Part shown: one piece after another, positions 9,008-16,399 of the stretch | Numbering within the stretch: the first letter of the stretch is position 1 | How the letters are laid out: each line of letters opens with the position of its first letter | Source: an uncultured Thermococci archaeon | GTDB lineage: Archaea; CAYQAE01; CAYVLA01 | NCBI GenBank assembly: GCA_964549615.1 | Contig: CAZJVP010000100.1 | Location: forward strand, 1-26,930 | Length of the DNA stretch: 26,930 nucleotides | Reading direction: 5' to 3' | Translations under genes and position numbers: made by a program | The notes under the pieces: model-generated | What the model was told of the DNA's origin: nothing | The model's database searches: none | What the model saw: only the letters and a program-made list of their open reading frames with translations

Positions 9008-9355
9008 ATGGCTTGGAGAGGGCTTGGCTGGGCTGGCAGAGGCTGGCTCGGTCAATGGCCGGGAAGAGGACCTTTCAGCTACCTGCCGCCCTGGCAGAGG
9101 CCGGGATGGGTCTTTGGCAGAGGGGCTTGCTGGTGGCTGTTCAGCCCCTACTTCGGGGGAGGATACCCGTTGGCGGCATACCGATACCCGTGGGCCGCAT
9201 ACGGATACCCAGGATTTCCTCGATGGATGGGTTACGCCGGGGCTCCCGGATATGGCCCTTGGATGGGGTTTGGCGCAGTCGCGCCGCCCGCGTATCCTAG
9301 CTGGTATGCTGGCGCGGCGTACGGGTTCGGCCGGCCTTACGGCTACTTCTGGTGA
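9008..9355 (+). CDS. Gly/Trp/Tyr/Pro-rich low-complexity protein (DUF5320-associated type)
   Basis: WPGRGPFSYLPPWQRPGWVFGRGACWW motif; promoter and SD upstream; stop 6 nt before the next ATG. Confidence 0.75.
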   Translation: MAWRGLGWAGRGWLGQWPGRGPFSYLPPWQRPGWVFGRGACWWLFSPYFGGGYPLAAYRYPWAAYGYPGFPRWMGYAGAPGYGPWMGFGAVAPPAYPSWYAGAAYGFGRPYGYFW

Positions 9356-9361
9356 TGCAAT

Positions 9362-9892
9362 ATGGGTTACAGATGGAGGAACATGTACTACCTGACGGGA
9401 TTGCCGGGTTGGATGAGGTTCGGGTACTCCCCTGGTTGGGTAGGCAGGTCGGCAACGGGTCTACCGCCCACCGCTGAGTGGCTGATTTCAAGCGGCCTGC
9501 TTCCTCAGTTCCGCCAATACCTGGCGAGCGGCACGACGGCTCCGATGGCTCCGCCGGTCGCTCCCATCGGCGCACCTCTGACCCGTGAACAAGAGGTCCA
9601 GATACTGGAGCAGCAGGCAAGGGTCATCGAGGCGCAGCTCGAGGCTATGAGGAGGAGGTTGGAGGCGAAGCGGAAAGAGCCAGAGAGCAAGGAGCCCGGA
9701 CCAGCTCAACCATACTATCCACCATATGGATACGCGCCCGTGCCGTATTCCTCGCCATATGGTTCTCTCTCGCCCGAGGAAGAGCTGGCTGCGTTGGAGG
9801 ACTACAGGAGAGAACTCGACGAGGAAGTCAAGGGTGTGGAGGCAAGGATCGAGGAGCTCAAGAGGCTCACGGAAGGCAAGGAGAAGACATAG
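9362..9892 (+). CDS. DUF5320-like protein with two coiled-coil repeats
   Basis: YRWRNMYYLTGLPGWMRFG N-terminus; two heptad segments LTREQEVQILEQQ... and LSPEEELAALEDY... separated by a Pro/Tyr-rich linker; GGTGAT SD. Confidence 0.8.
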   Translation: MGYRWRNMYYLTGLPGWMRFGYSPGWVGRSATGLPPTAEWLISSGLLPQFRQYLASGTTAPMAPPVAPIGAPLTREQEVQILEQQARVIEAQLEAMRRRLEAKRKEPESKEPGPAQPYYPPYGYAPVPYSSPYGSLSPEEELAALEDYRRELDEEVKGVEARIEELKRLTEGKEKT

Positions 9893-9905
9893 GAGGTGTA
9901 AGTGA

Positions 9906-10205
9906 ATGCCCTACGGAATGGGTCCCTGGAGTTGGTTTTTCGGTCCCTACAGCTACTGGGGCTGGGGTAGGTGTCGATGGTTTCCGTGGCTGCCCCGACG
10001 GTGGTGGACAGGGATCTATGGCCCCATAGCACCGTACTGGCCGCCTGCACTGTCGAAAGAGCAGGAGCTAGCAATGCTTGAGGAAGAGGCAAGGCTCTTG
10101 GAGGAGGGACTCACCCAGATTCGCAGGCGATTGGAGGAGCTCAAGGAAGGAGAACCTGAGAAGGGAGAGGTCCGCAAGACAGAACCCAAGAAGCAGGTGG
10201 ACTAG
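9906..10205 (+). CDS. DUF5320-like protein
   Basis: Trp-rich N-terminus (GWGRCRWFPWLPRRWWTG) plus LSKEQELAMLEEEARLLEEGLTQIRRRLEELK coiled coil; GGAGGTG SD at 9892. Confidence 0.8.
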   Translation: MPYGMGPWSWFFGPYSYWGWGRCRWFPWLPRRWWTGIYGPIAPYWPPALSKEQELAMLEEEARLLEEGLTQIRRRLEELKEGEPEKGEVRKTEPKKQVD

Positions 10206-10784
10206 ATGAAAGTGGCGGTATCTGCAACAGGTCCGAGCCTAGATGACCAGGTCGATCCTAGGTTCGGGAGGTGCCAATGTTTCATCATTGCTGATGCGGA
10301 CAGCACGGCGTTCGAAGCTGTCCCCAATGCAAGCGCCGGCGCCATGAGTGGCGCTGGCATCGAGGCCGCGCAGACGGTTGTTAGCAGAGGGGTCCAGGCG
10401 GTCATCACCGGACAGGTTGGGCCAAACGCCTACCAGGTGCTAACGGCTGCGGGGATAAGGATCTTCACGGGAGCCTCAGGCACGGTTCGGGAGGCTATCG
10501 GTAAGTTCAAGAGGGGCGAACTGAGCGAAGCCGCCAACGCAGGCCCAGCAGGGCTCGGGATGGGTCGTGGCGGTGGAATGGGCCGTGGCATGGGGGCAGG
10601 GGGGTTCCCGGCGGAGCCATTGGCACAAGCGCCATTCGGCGGCGTTCCCATGGAGTCTCCGCCGATGTCGAGACAGCAGGAGATCTCGCTCTTGGAGAGC
10701 CAAGTGGAGAGCCTGCAACGGGAACTGGAGCGAGTAAGGAAGAGGCTCGGCGAACTTCGCGAATCACCCCGTAACGAAGGCTGA
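10206..10784 (+). CDS. NifB/NifX (dinitrogenase FeMo-cofactor-binding-like) protein with Gly/Met/Arg linker and C-terminal coiled coil
   Basis: MKVAVSATG...VDPRFGRC...GAGIEAAQ...ITGQVGPNA; GMGRGGGMGRGMG linker; MSRQQEISLLE coil. Confidence 0.9.
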   Translation: MKVAVSATGPSLDDQVDPRFGRCQCFIIADADSTAFEAVPNASAGAMSGAGIEAAQTVVSRGVQAVITGQVGPNAYQVLTAAGIRIFTGASGTVREAIGKFKRGELSEAANAGPAGLGMGRGGGMGRGMGAGGFPAEPLAQAPFGGVPMESPPMSRQQEISLLESQVESLQRELERVRKRLGELRESPRNEG

Positions 10785-10793
10785 GGTGGCAGG

Positions 10794-11144
10794 TTGGCGG
10801 GAGGCAGACTCAGGATAGCAGTGCCGACGTGCGGAGACCGCGGCCTAGAAGACACGGTGGCGGAGGTCTTCGGCAGGGCGAAGACCTTCACTATGGTGGA
10901 TGTAGATAGCGGTAGGGTTGAAGCGGTGAGGGTGCTTGTCAACCCGGCCGCGTCTTACAGGCAGGGCGCGGGTCCCATCGCAGTAAAGATGCTCATGGAC
11001 CACGGAGCCAACATCGTGGCAGCAGGTGATGTTGGCCCTGGTGTACTGAGTCTGCTCGAGCAGCACGGCGTGCCTATGTTGACGGTTAAACCAGGGACGC
11101 GGGTTGCGGAGGTCGTCAGGCTGGCAAGGGATCACGCGATCTGA
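10794..11144 (+). CDS. NifB/NifX family protein
   Basis: IAVPT...VFGRAKTF...NPA...GAGP...GDVGPG; GAGGTG SD before TTG start. Confidence 0.88.
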   Translation: MAGGRLRIAVPTCGDRGLEDTVAEVFGRAKTFTMVDVDSGRVEAVRVLVNPAASYRQGAGPIAVKMLMDHGANIVAAGDVGPGVLSLLEQHGVPMLTVKPGTRVAEVVRLARDHAI

Positions 11145-11325
11145 GGCCGCCGCATGACATGCCATGTCAGGGAAGCCGTTCTTGGAGTAGTTCCTACAGG
11201 TCTTGTCTAGGGGCGACAGCATCAGGCAAGGTGTTCCCGACCGCACTGGCGGACCGCATAGGTTTGAGGCTGCGTAGCCGTAGCTACAAGGCTCGCCGTG
11301 AACTCGCCGGTCGTGAGGGAAGGAA

Positions 11326-12180
11326 ATGGTGAGGGGGATCTCGATCAGGGTCCTTGTCGAGGACACGGCACGAGAGGCTGGAGGCAGGTATCTGTCCCAG
11401 CACGGTCTCTCACTGGTCGTGGACGCAGAGACGAATCATGGCAGGGCTTCGGTCATCCTAGATACCGGTCCCTCTGCAGAGGCCGTGGCCCGCAACGTGG
11501 AGGCCATGGGAGTCGATCTAGGCACCGTGGTTGCCATCGTCCTTACCCACGGTCACTATGATCACGTGGGTGGGGTGTTGCAGGTTCTCAAGTCGGTTCG
11601 TCGACCCATGCCTGTCATAGCCCATCCCAGCACCTTCAGCCCCAAGATCGTTCTCTCCCCAAGTCTCAGGTTTGCTGGGTCACCGTTCAGCGTATCAGAC
11701 ATAGCCAAACGGGGGGGAATCCCGCTTCTTGGCAGAAACTCCATCCGCCTGGCTGAAGGCATTATGACCAGCGGAGAGGTAAAGCGCGAAACACAGTTCG
11801 AACAGGCCGAGGGCTTCTGGACCATCGAGAACGAGAGGTTCGTCGAAGATTGGATGCCCGATGATCAGGCGCTGATATTGAACCTCGAGGAGCGGGGTTT
11901 GGTCGTCTTGGTCGGATGTGCCCATTCGGGAATCGTGAATACCCTTAGAGCCGCCCAAGACGTGGCTTCGGAGCGCAGGATACATGCGGTCGTGGGCGGC
12001 TTCCATCTCTGCGGGGCCAGCGAGGAGCGAATTGCCAGAACGGTGGACGAGTTGCTTAGGCTTAACGTCCAGCTAGTCGCGCCGTGCCACTGTACGGGCT
12101 CGACGGCCACAGCTCGGCTCATGCAGGGCCTCGGCGGGCGCTGCAGGCCGCTTCACACGGGAGATGTGATCAGGCTCTAG
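11326..12180 (+). CDS. MBL-fold metallo-hydrolase (COG1237 / MJ0301-like)
   Basis: HGLS, LDTG, LTHGHYDHVGG, DDQAL, GCAHSG, GGFHL, PCHCTG motifs. Confidence 0.9.
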   Translation: MVRGISIRVLVEDTAREAGGRYLSQHGLSLVVDAETNHGRASVILDTGPSAEAVARNVEAMGVDLGTVVAIVLTHGHYDHVGGVLQVLKSVRRPMPVIAHPSTFSPKIVLSPSLRFAGSPFSVSDIAKRGGIPLLGRNSIRLAEGIMTSGEVKRETQFEQAEGFWTIENERFVEDWMPDDQALILNLEERGLVVLVGCAHSGIVNTLRAAQDVASERRIHAVVGGFHLCGASEERIARTVDELLRLNVQLVAPCHCTGSTATARLMQGLGGRCRPLHTGDVIRL

Positions 12181-12237
12181 CTGGGTGAAGGGATGGCTGC
12201 CAGGGGTCGCATGTCAAGAAGCGTCGGCGGCACCGAT

Positions 12238-12921
12238 ATGAGGACAACACGGCGGCGTGCGGCCTACCTGGAAGCGATCTACAGATTGCAGGAGGAATCA
12301 GGAACCGCGAGGACATGTGAGCTGGCCCTTCGAATGGGTGTATCGGCTCCAAGCGTCACGGAGGTCGTTCGCAGGCTGAGGAAGGAAGGCCTGGTGATCT
12401 ATCAGCCATACAGGGGTGTGAGATTGACGGATGAGGGGCGCAGGCTGGCCCTGGGCCAGATAGGCAAGCACCGCCTCGCAGAGCAACTGCTCTTCGGCGT
12501 TCTACGTATCGACTGGACTAGGGTGCACGAAGAAGCATTGAGACTTCAATGTGGCATTTCGGACGAGGTCGTCGGGCCGTTGGAGAAGGCCCTTGGCTAC
12601 CCGCGAAGGTGCCCGCACGGGAACCCGATACCAACAAAATGCGAGGGGATAGTCGAGGAGGAATCGGAATCGTTGACCAGTATTGGGGCCGGAGAAAGCG
12701 GGGTGGTAGTGAAGCTCACAAACGAGACACCCGAGGTACTCGAACGGCTCGCCAAGATGGATGTCAAGCCGGGCGCGACCATCTGGGTTCGGGAGGTAAG
12801 ACCTCAAGGTCAGGTCGTGGTTGTGACTGGAGATGGAAAGGTCCACATGCTGCCCTGGGAGGCCGCACGCACGGTCAAGGTCAGAAGGGTGCGCCCGGGA
12901 TCCGGATCCGGGAATCGGTAG
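12238..12921 (+). CDS. DtxR/MntR-family transcriptional regulator with FeoA domain
   Basis: YLEAIYRL, HTH LALRMGVSAPSVTEVVRRL, YQPYRGVRLTDEG, KHRLAE, CPHGNPIP, C-terminal SH3-like FeoA. Start 12238 or upstream ATGs (12193/12211). Confidence 0.88.
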   Translation: MRTTRRRAAYLEAIYRLQEESGTARTCELALRMGVSAPSVTEVVRRLRKEGLVIYQPYRGVRLTDEGRRLALGQIGKHRLAEQLLFGVLRIDWTRVHEEALRLQCGISDEVVGPLEKALGYPRRCPHGNPIPTKCEGIVEEESESLTSIGAGESGVVVKLTNETPEVLERLAKMDVKPGATIWVREVRPQGQVVVVTGDGKVHMLPWEAARTVKVRRVRPGSGSGNR

Positions 12922-13016
12922 AGATAAAAGGCCTGCAGGCTTCTGCTCGCCTACCATTGCTGCTTAGATGACAGGGAGAGGCGCCCTGCTTTGGAGCTTA
13001 CAAGGAGGTTGGTCTC

Positions 13017-13934
13017 CTGCTCGGATTTGAGAAGGAGCAGAGGATCTTCGAGATCGGCCGTGTCAAGGTCGGGGGACAGCCCGGCCAGCTACCCACCGTC
13101 CTGATAGGAAGCATCTTCCATCCGGGGCATAGGATCGTCCGGGACCCCGGGAAGGGCATTTTCGACCGAAAACGGGCCGAGATGCTAGTCCGGACGCAGG
13201 AAGCGCTGTCGGAGAAGACTGGGAACCCTCACATGCTGGACGTTGTGGGCGAGACCCCAGAGGCATTGAAGAGATACATAGACTTCGCATCGGAGGTCAC
13301 GGAAGCTCCCTTTCTCATCAATGGTCCATCGGCGGACGTGAGGCTGGAGGCGAGTCGTCATGCCGCTAGCATTGGGCTTGAGGAGAGGGCCGTGTACGAT
13401 TCCATAAACTGCAAGGTCACCGTGGAAGAGACGGCGGCATTGGCTGAGACCGGGATAAAGGCGGCGGTGGTCCAAGCCTTCAACCCGCGGAACCCGTGGC
13501 TTGAAGGTATGCGGCAGCAGCTCGTGGGAAGCTCGGGCGCTGAAGGGCTACTGGAGGCAGCCTCCAGAGCGGGTGTTGAGAAGCAACTGATTCTAACGCC
13601 CGTGCTCGACATTCCGAGCATTGGTGTCGCGGCGCGGGCCATCCGTGCATTGAAGGATGAGCTGGGCCTCCCAACGGGTACCGCTCCGATCGGCGCAGTG
13701 GCGCGTTGGCGGAAGGCTGGGGACTTCGAGGTGTCCTCAAAGAGGCTCGTTAGAGCGGCGGCCGCGGCCTTGGCTCAGTCCATGGGTGCCAACTTCATCA
13801 TCTACGGCTCAATGGAGAGGGCTGCTGACATGTTTCCAGTCTGCGCCCTGATCGACGCGATGATAGCGTACAATGCGATAGCCACGGGAATTAAGCCGTT
13901 GACGAGAAACCATCCTTTGTACAGGATCCTCTGA
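13017..13934 (+). CDS. mtrH: Tetrahydromethanopterin S-methyltransferase subunit H-like protein, probable CTG start
   Basis: In frame upstream of ORF 13182 reads (M)LGFEKEQRIFEIGRVKVGGQPGQLPTVLIGSIFH, the MtrH N-terminus; ends HPLYRIL; SD AAGGAGGT at 13002-13009. Confidence 0.85.
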   Translation: MLGFEKEQRIFEIGRVKVGGQPGQLPTVLIGSIFHPGHRIVRDPGKGIFDRKRAEMLVRTQEALSEKTGNPHMLDVVGETPEALKRYIDFASEVTEAPFLINGPSADVRLEASRHAASIGLEERAVYDSINCKVTVEETAALAETGIKAAVVQAFNPRNPWLEGMRQQLVGSSGAEGLLEAASRAGVEKQLILTPVLDIPSIGVAARAIRALKDELGLPTGTAPIGAVARWRKAGDFEVSSKRLVRAAAAALAQSMGANFIIYGSMERAADMFPVCALIDAMIAYNAIATGIKPLTRNHPLYRIL

Positions 13935-14077
13935 TGTCGGCTCGCATCGGACCGGCCAAGGCCCGGGTTTCTTGGTTCTCATGAGAGCCCGAGGCCGGGT
14001 CTTCATCACGGTCGATCTTCGTTCACAGCGAAAGGAACATCCCGGGCGCGGAAGGCGCTGTGAAGCACCAACACGCC

Positions 14078-14089
14078 AAAGAAAAAAAA
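14078..14089 (-). terminator. Oligo-T tract, candidate terminator of the minus-strand gene block
   Basis: TTTTTTTTCTTT on the minus strand in the convergent intergenic region. Confidence 0.45.
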
Positions 14090-14154
14090 GGTGTGGAGGC
14101 CGGGCGACCCCCACTTTGAATGGGAATTCAGATGATGCGTTAAGCCCCTGCCTT

Positions 14155-14510
14155 TCCTCTCCGATGAATATCACGTTGGGAAGGCCCCCCGGGAATGGAC
14201 GTCGCCCGTTAGAAATTGCCCTCGGTTCGGCTCGGCTACGGCGTAGACGAAGGAGTGTAGCATGCTCCAACCCCTAACCTGTGTCTTCATCTCATAGTTC
14301 GTCTCCAACCTTCTCAGCCGCGTCGGGGTCTATGCTCACCTCCCGGCTCTTGGCTCTGACGAACTCCATGATGCCCTCAATCACGCCAGGGTCGACATGC
14401 TGTTACAGAAGGGCTTCCCTTAAATCTGCAAGCACAGAGGCGGGAGTCAGGGCCTGATAGGCGCAACGCAGGTTTTCAGCGACCGTGCCGGCCCGGGGCC
14501 CCAGTGTGCC
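14155..14510 (-). pseudogene. Degraded PIN-domain (VapC) gene
   Basis: Stitched frames read ALTPASVLADLREALL*QH...IMEFVRAKSREVSIDPDAAEKVG / YEMKTQVRGWSMLHSFVYAVA...FLTGDVH / GLPNVIFI; internal TAA at 14403-14405, frameshifts near 14295 and 14188, 5' motif missing. Confidence 0.7.
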
Positions 14511-14511
14511 T

Positions 14512-15498
14512 TCACCGTGATCTGAAGTAGTCTTCATGCCGATGTCGGACCTTCACCGCCGCGCCGCGGTGCTCGAGTTCCCTTAAGGAGCTCACTATGA
14601 CGTTCATTGGCAGGTTCAGGCTTGAAGCGATGTCCTCCACTCTGCAGGGCCTCCTCTTTATCAGGCTCAGTATCTCAGCCTCCGTTTCGCGGTGACCGAG
14701 CCTTTTAGGGGACCGGTTTGCCCTTTCTTCGTACCTGGAGACGATCTTGGCGTTCGTGACAGACAGCTTGAATTTCTTGGCGATTGCCTCGAGCTTGTCT
14801 GGTTCAAGGGCGAGAACGAACTTCTCCGAGGGTGGCCTGGTCGGAGTGTTGATCTGGATCTCATCCGGTTCGATCCTCTCCGCTTGGCGCATCATGGCCT
14901 CAACGGCCTCGTCCCCGACGTTAGTGAGCCCGCCATTTTCGGATTCAAAGAACATCATCTGCAAAGCCAGTTCGCCAGTCATCTCACCTCTGAGCTTCAC
15001 CAGGCCTTCAACGATCCTGCCTTGCAGGATGCCCCGAGCAGGTCGGTTGACGGCCTCGAAAAGCCGTTGGTCCGGGGCGTCGAGCTTGGCAACCACGAGG
15101 TCAGCCATGGCGAGACTCCTCCTTACCTTTTCCTTCCCAACGAGGGATGAGTTCGTTAAGACAGCGATCGGTTTGTCCGTGAGGTTTCTCAAGCTTTCGA
15201 TGATCGCGCCCAGCTCGGGGTTCAGCGTGGGCTCTCCGCTTCCTGAGAAGGTGACGTAGTCGACTGAGGCGGGATCCAAAAGGTCAAGCGCCGTCTTTAC
15301 ATCGCGCAGGACCTGTTGTTTGGTTACCTGGGCCTGGACGAACCCCGATGCCTTCCGAAGAGTTCTTCCTAACTGACAGTACACGCAATCGAAGGTGCAG
15401 GTCTTCGGCGGCGGCACGACATCTATGCCCAGGGAAGGGCCTAGGCGCCACGAGGGAACAGGGCCGTACACCGCTGAAATTCTTCGTTTGCTTCCCAT
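14512..15498 (-). CDS. Radical SAM protein (COG0731-like) with C-terminal HTH-like domain
   Basis: YGPVPSWRLGPSLGID, CTFDCVYC (CxxxCxxC), TFSGSGEPTL, LTNSSL, KLDA, QINTPTRP. Confidence 0.9.
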   Translation of the reverse strand: MGSKRRISAVYGPVPSWRLGPSLGIDVVPPPKTCTFDCVYCQLGRTLRKASGFVQAQVTKQQVLRDVKTALDLLDPASVDYVTFSGSGEPTLNPELGAIIESLRNLTDKPIAVLTNSSLVGKEKVRRSLAMADLVVAKLDAPDQRLFEAVNRPARGILQGRIVEGLVKLRGEMTGELALQMMFFESENGGLTNVGDEAVEAMMRQAERIEPDEIQINTPTRPPSEKFVLALEPDKLEAIAKKFKLSVTNAKIVSRYEERANRSPKRLGHRETEAEILSLIKRRPCRVEDIASSLNLPMNVIVSSLRELEHRGAAVKVRHRHEDYFRSR

Positions 15499-15548
15499 GG
15501 TTCATCTTGTCCTTCCGTCGGCCTCTCGTTGGGCAGCCCAACGATGAG

Positions 15549-15759
15549 TTAGGCAAACCCCTTTGGGACGAGATCCACCGCACAGAGCATGAAGAGCGCC
15601 GTGAACGCGATGAACGCCAACCAGCCGATGAAGGGGCTGGCGGTTTTGCCCGACAAGGACACTTGGAGGGGACCCTCGACGGCTCGGGCAAGAGACAGCA
15701 CATGAGTGATCGAACGGGGTGTTGTAGGCATCCCCGTGATGGCGTAGCTTCGCGTTCAC
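15549..15759 (-). pseudogene. Possible C-terminal remnant of a membrane protein (ABC-2 permease-like)
   Basis: VNA/SYAITGM followed by one hydrophobic helix (FIGWLAFIAFTALFMLCAV); no intact gene. Weak. Confidence 0.25.
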
Positions 15760-16331
15760 TTCTCATCACTCCTTTTCGATGTCGAATGGGACGCACACCT
15801 CATGAAGACCAGTATGCGGTCCTGAAACTCCCTGCCTTTCAAGATGAAACCTGTCTCGGTCACGAGGTCCTCAACTTCGGCCGGCCTCAAATGCATCGGG
15901 AATATCGTCAGGACGGCAGCGGGCTTTGCCACCCTGTGGATCTCATCTAGGAGGCCCTTACGATCTTCTACCTCTTGGAGTACATCGATGAGGAGCACGT
16001 GATCAACCGTTTCCTTCTCCAGGGGGATCTTTCCCTCCCCGGTAGACCTGATGATCACGATATTCGTCAGGCCCTCCTTTGCGGCTTTCGCCCTAACCCG
16101 CTCAAGCGCAGCGTCGCTCACATCCAAGGCGTAGACCCTCCCTTTCTGTGTCACCAGTCTTGCCGCCGGAATCGTGTACTTGCCAGACCCGCAACCGAAA
16201 TCCAGAACAACCTGCCCGGGCTTGAAGCCGAGCTGGGCCAGAAGCTCGTTCGGATTCTGGTCCAACCATTTCTTGAACCGCATTTCCCCGAGATGCGCGA
16301 CCATTCCGAAGTGCTTCGAGACTCGCCTCAC
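15756..16331 (-). CDS. Class I SAM-dependent methyltransferase
   Basis: VVLDFGCGSG motif I, VYALDVS, VDHVLLIDVL, EIHRVAKP. Confidence 0.88.
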   Translation of the reverse strand: MRRVSKHFGMVAHLGEMRFKKWLDQNPNELLAQLGFKPGQVVLDFGCGSGKYTIPAARLVTQKGRVYALDVSDAALERVRAKAAKEGLTNIVIIRSTGEGKIPLEKETVDHVLLIDVLQEVEDRKGLLDEIHRVAKPAAVLTIFPMHLRPAEVEDLVTETGFILKGREFQDRILVFMRCASHSTSKRSDEK

Positions 16332-16399
16332 CCTTCAATCCTCTCCATGATGGAAACGGCCTTCGCGGACCATGCAATGTCACCGATGCCTTCCGGGTA

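Noticed and set aside
8734-9395. Alternative frames (188 aa and 123 aa) overlapping the low-complexity gene
   Set aside because: The 188-aa ORF runs through the promoter; only the 9008 frame has a well-placed SD, a recognisable motif and tight spacing to the next gene.
10556-10600. Short tandem repeat GGNATGGGYCGTGG
   Set aside because: Simply encodes the GMGRG linker of the NifX protein; not a CRISPR or DNA-level element.
11145-11325. 180-nt gap with a GTAGC-N4-GCTAC palindrome (11274-11287)
   Set aside because: Short single palindrome, no clear TATA box and no recognisable ORF or RNA; could be chance.
13017-13934. Methanogenesis implied by mtrH
   Set aside because: No other mtr or mcr genes here; stand-alone MtrH homologs occur in non-methanogens.
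14102-14207. GGGCGAC...GTCGCCC stem with C/D-box-like words near the T-tract, suggesting an ncRNA or tRNA
   Set aside because: No cloverleaf or canonical box pair, and half of it is explained by the vapC pseudogene (LTGDVH codons).
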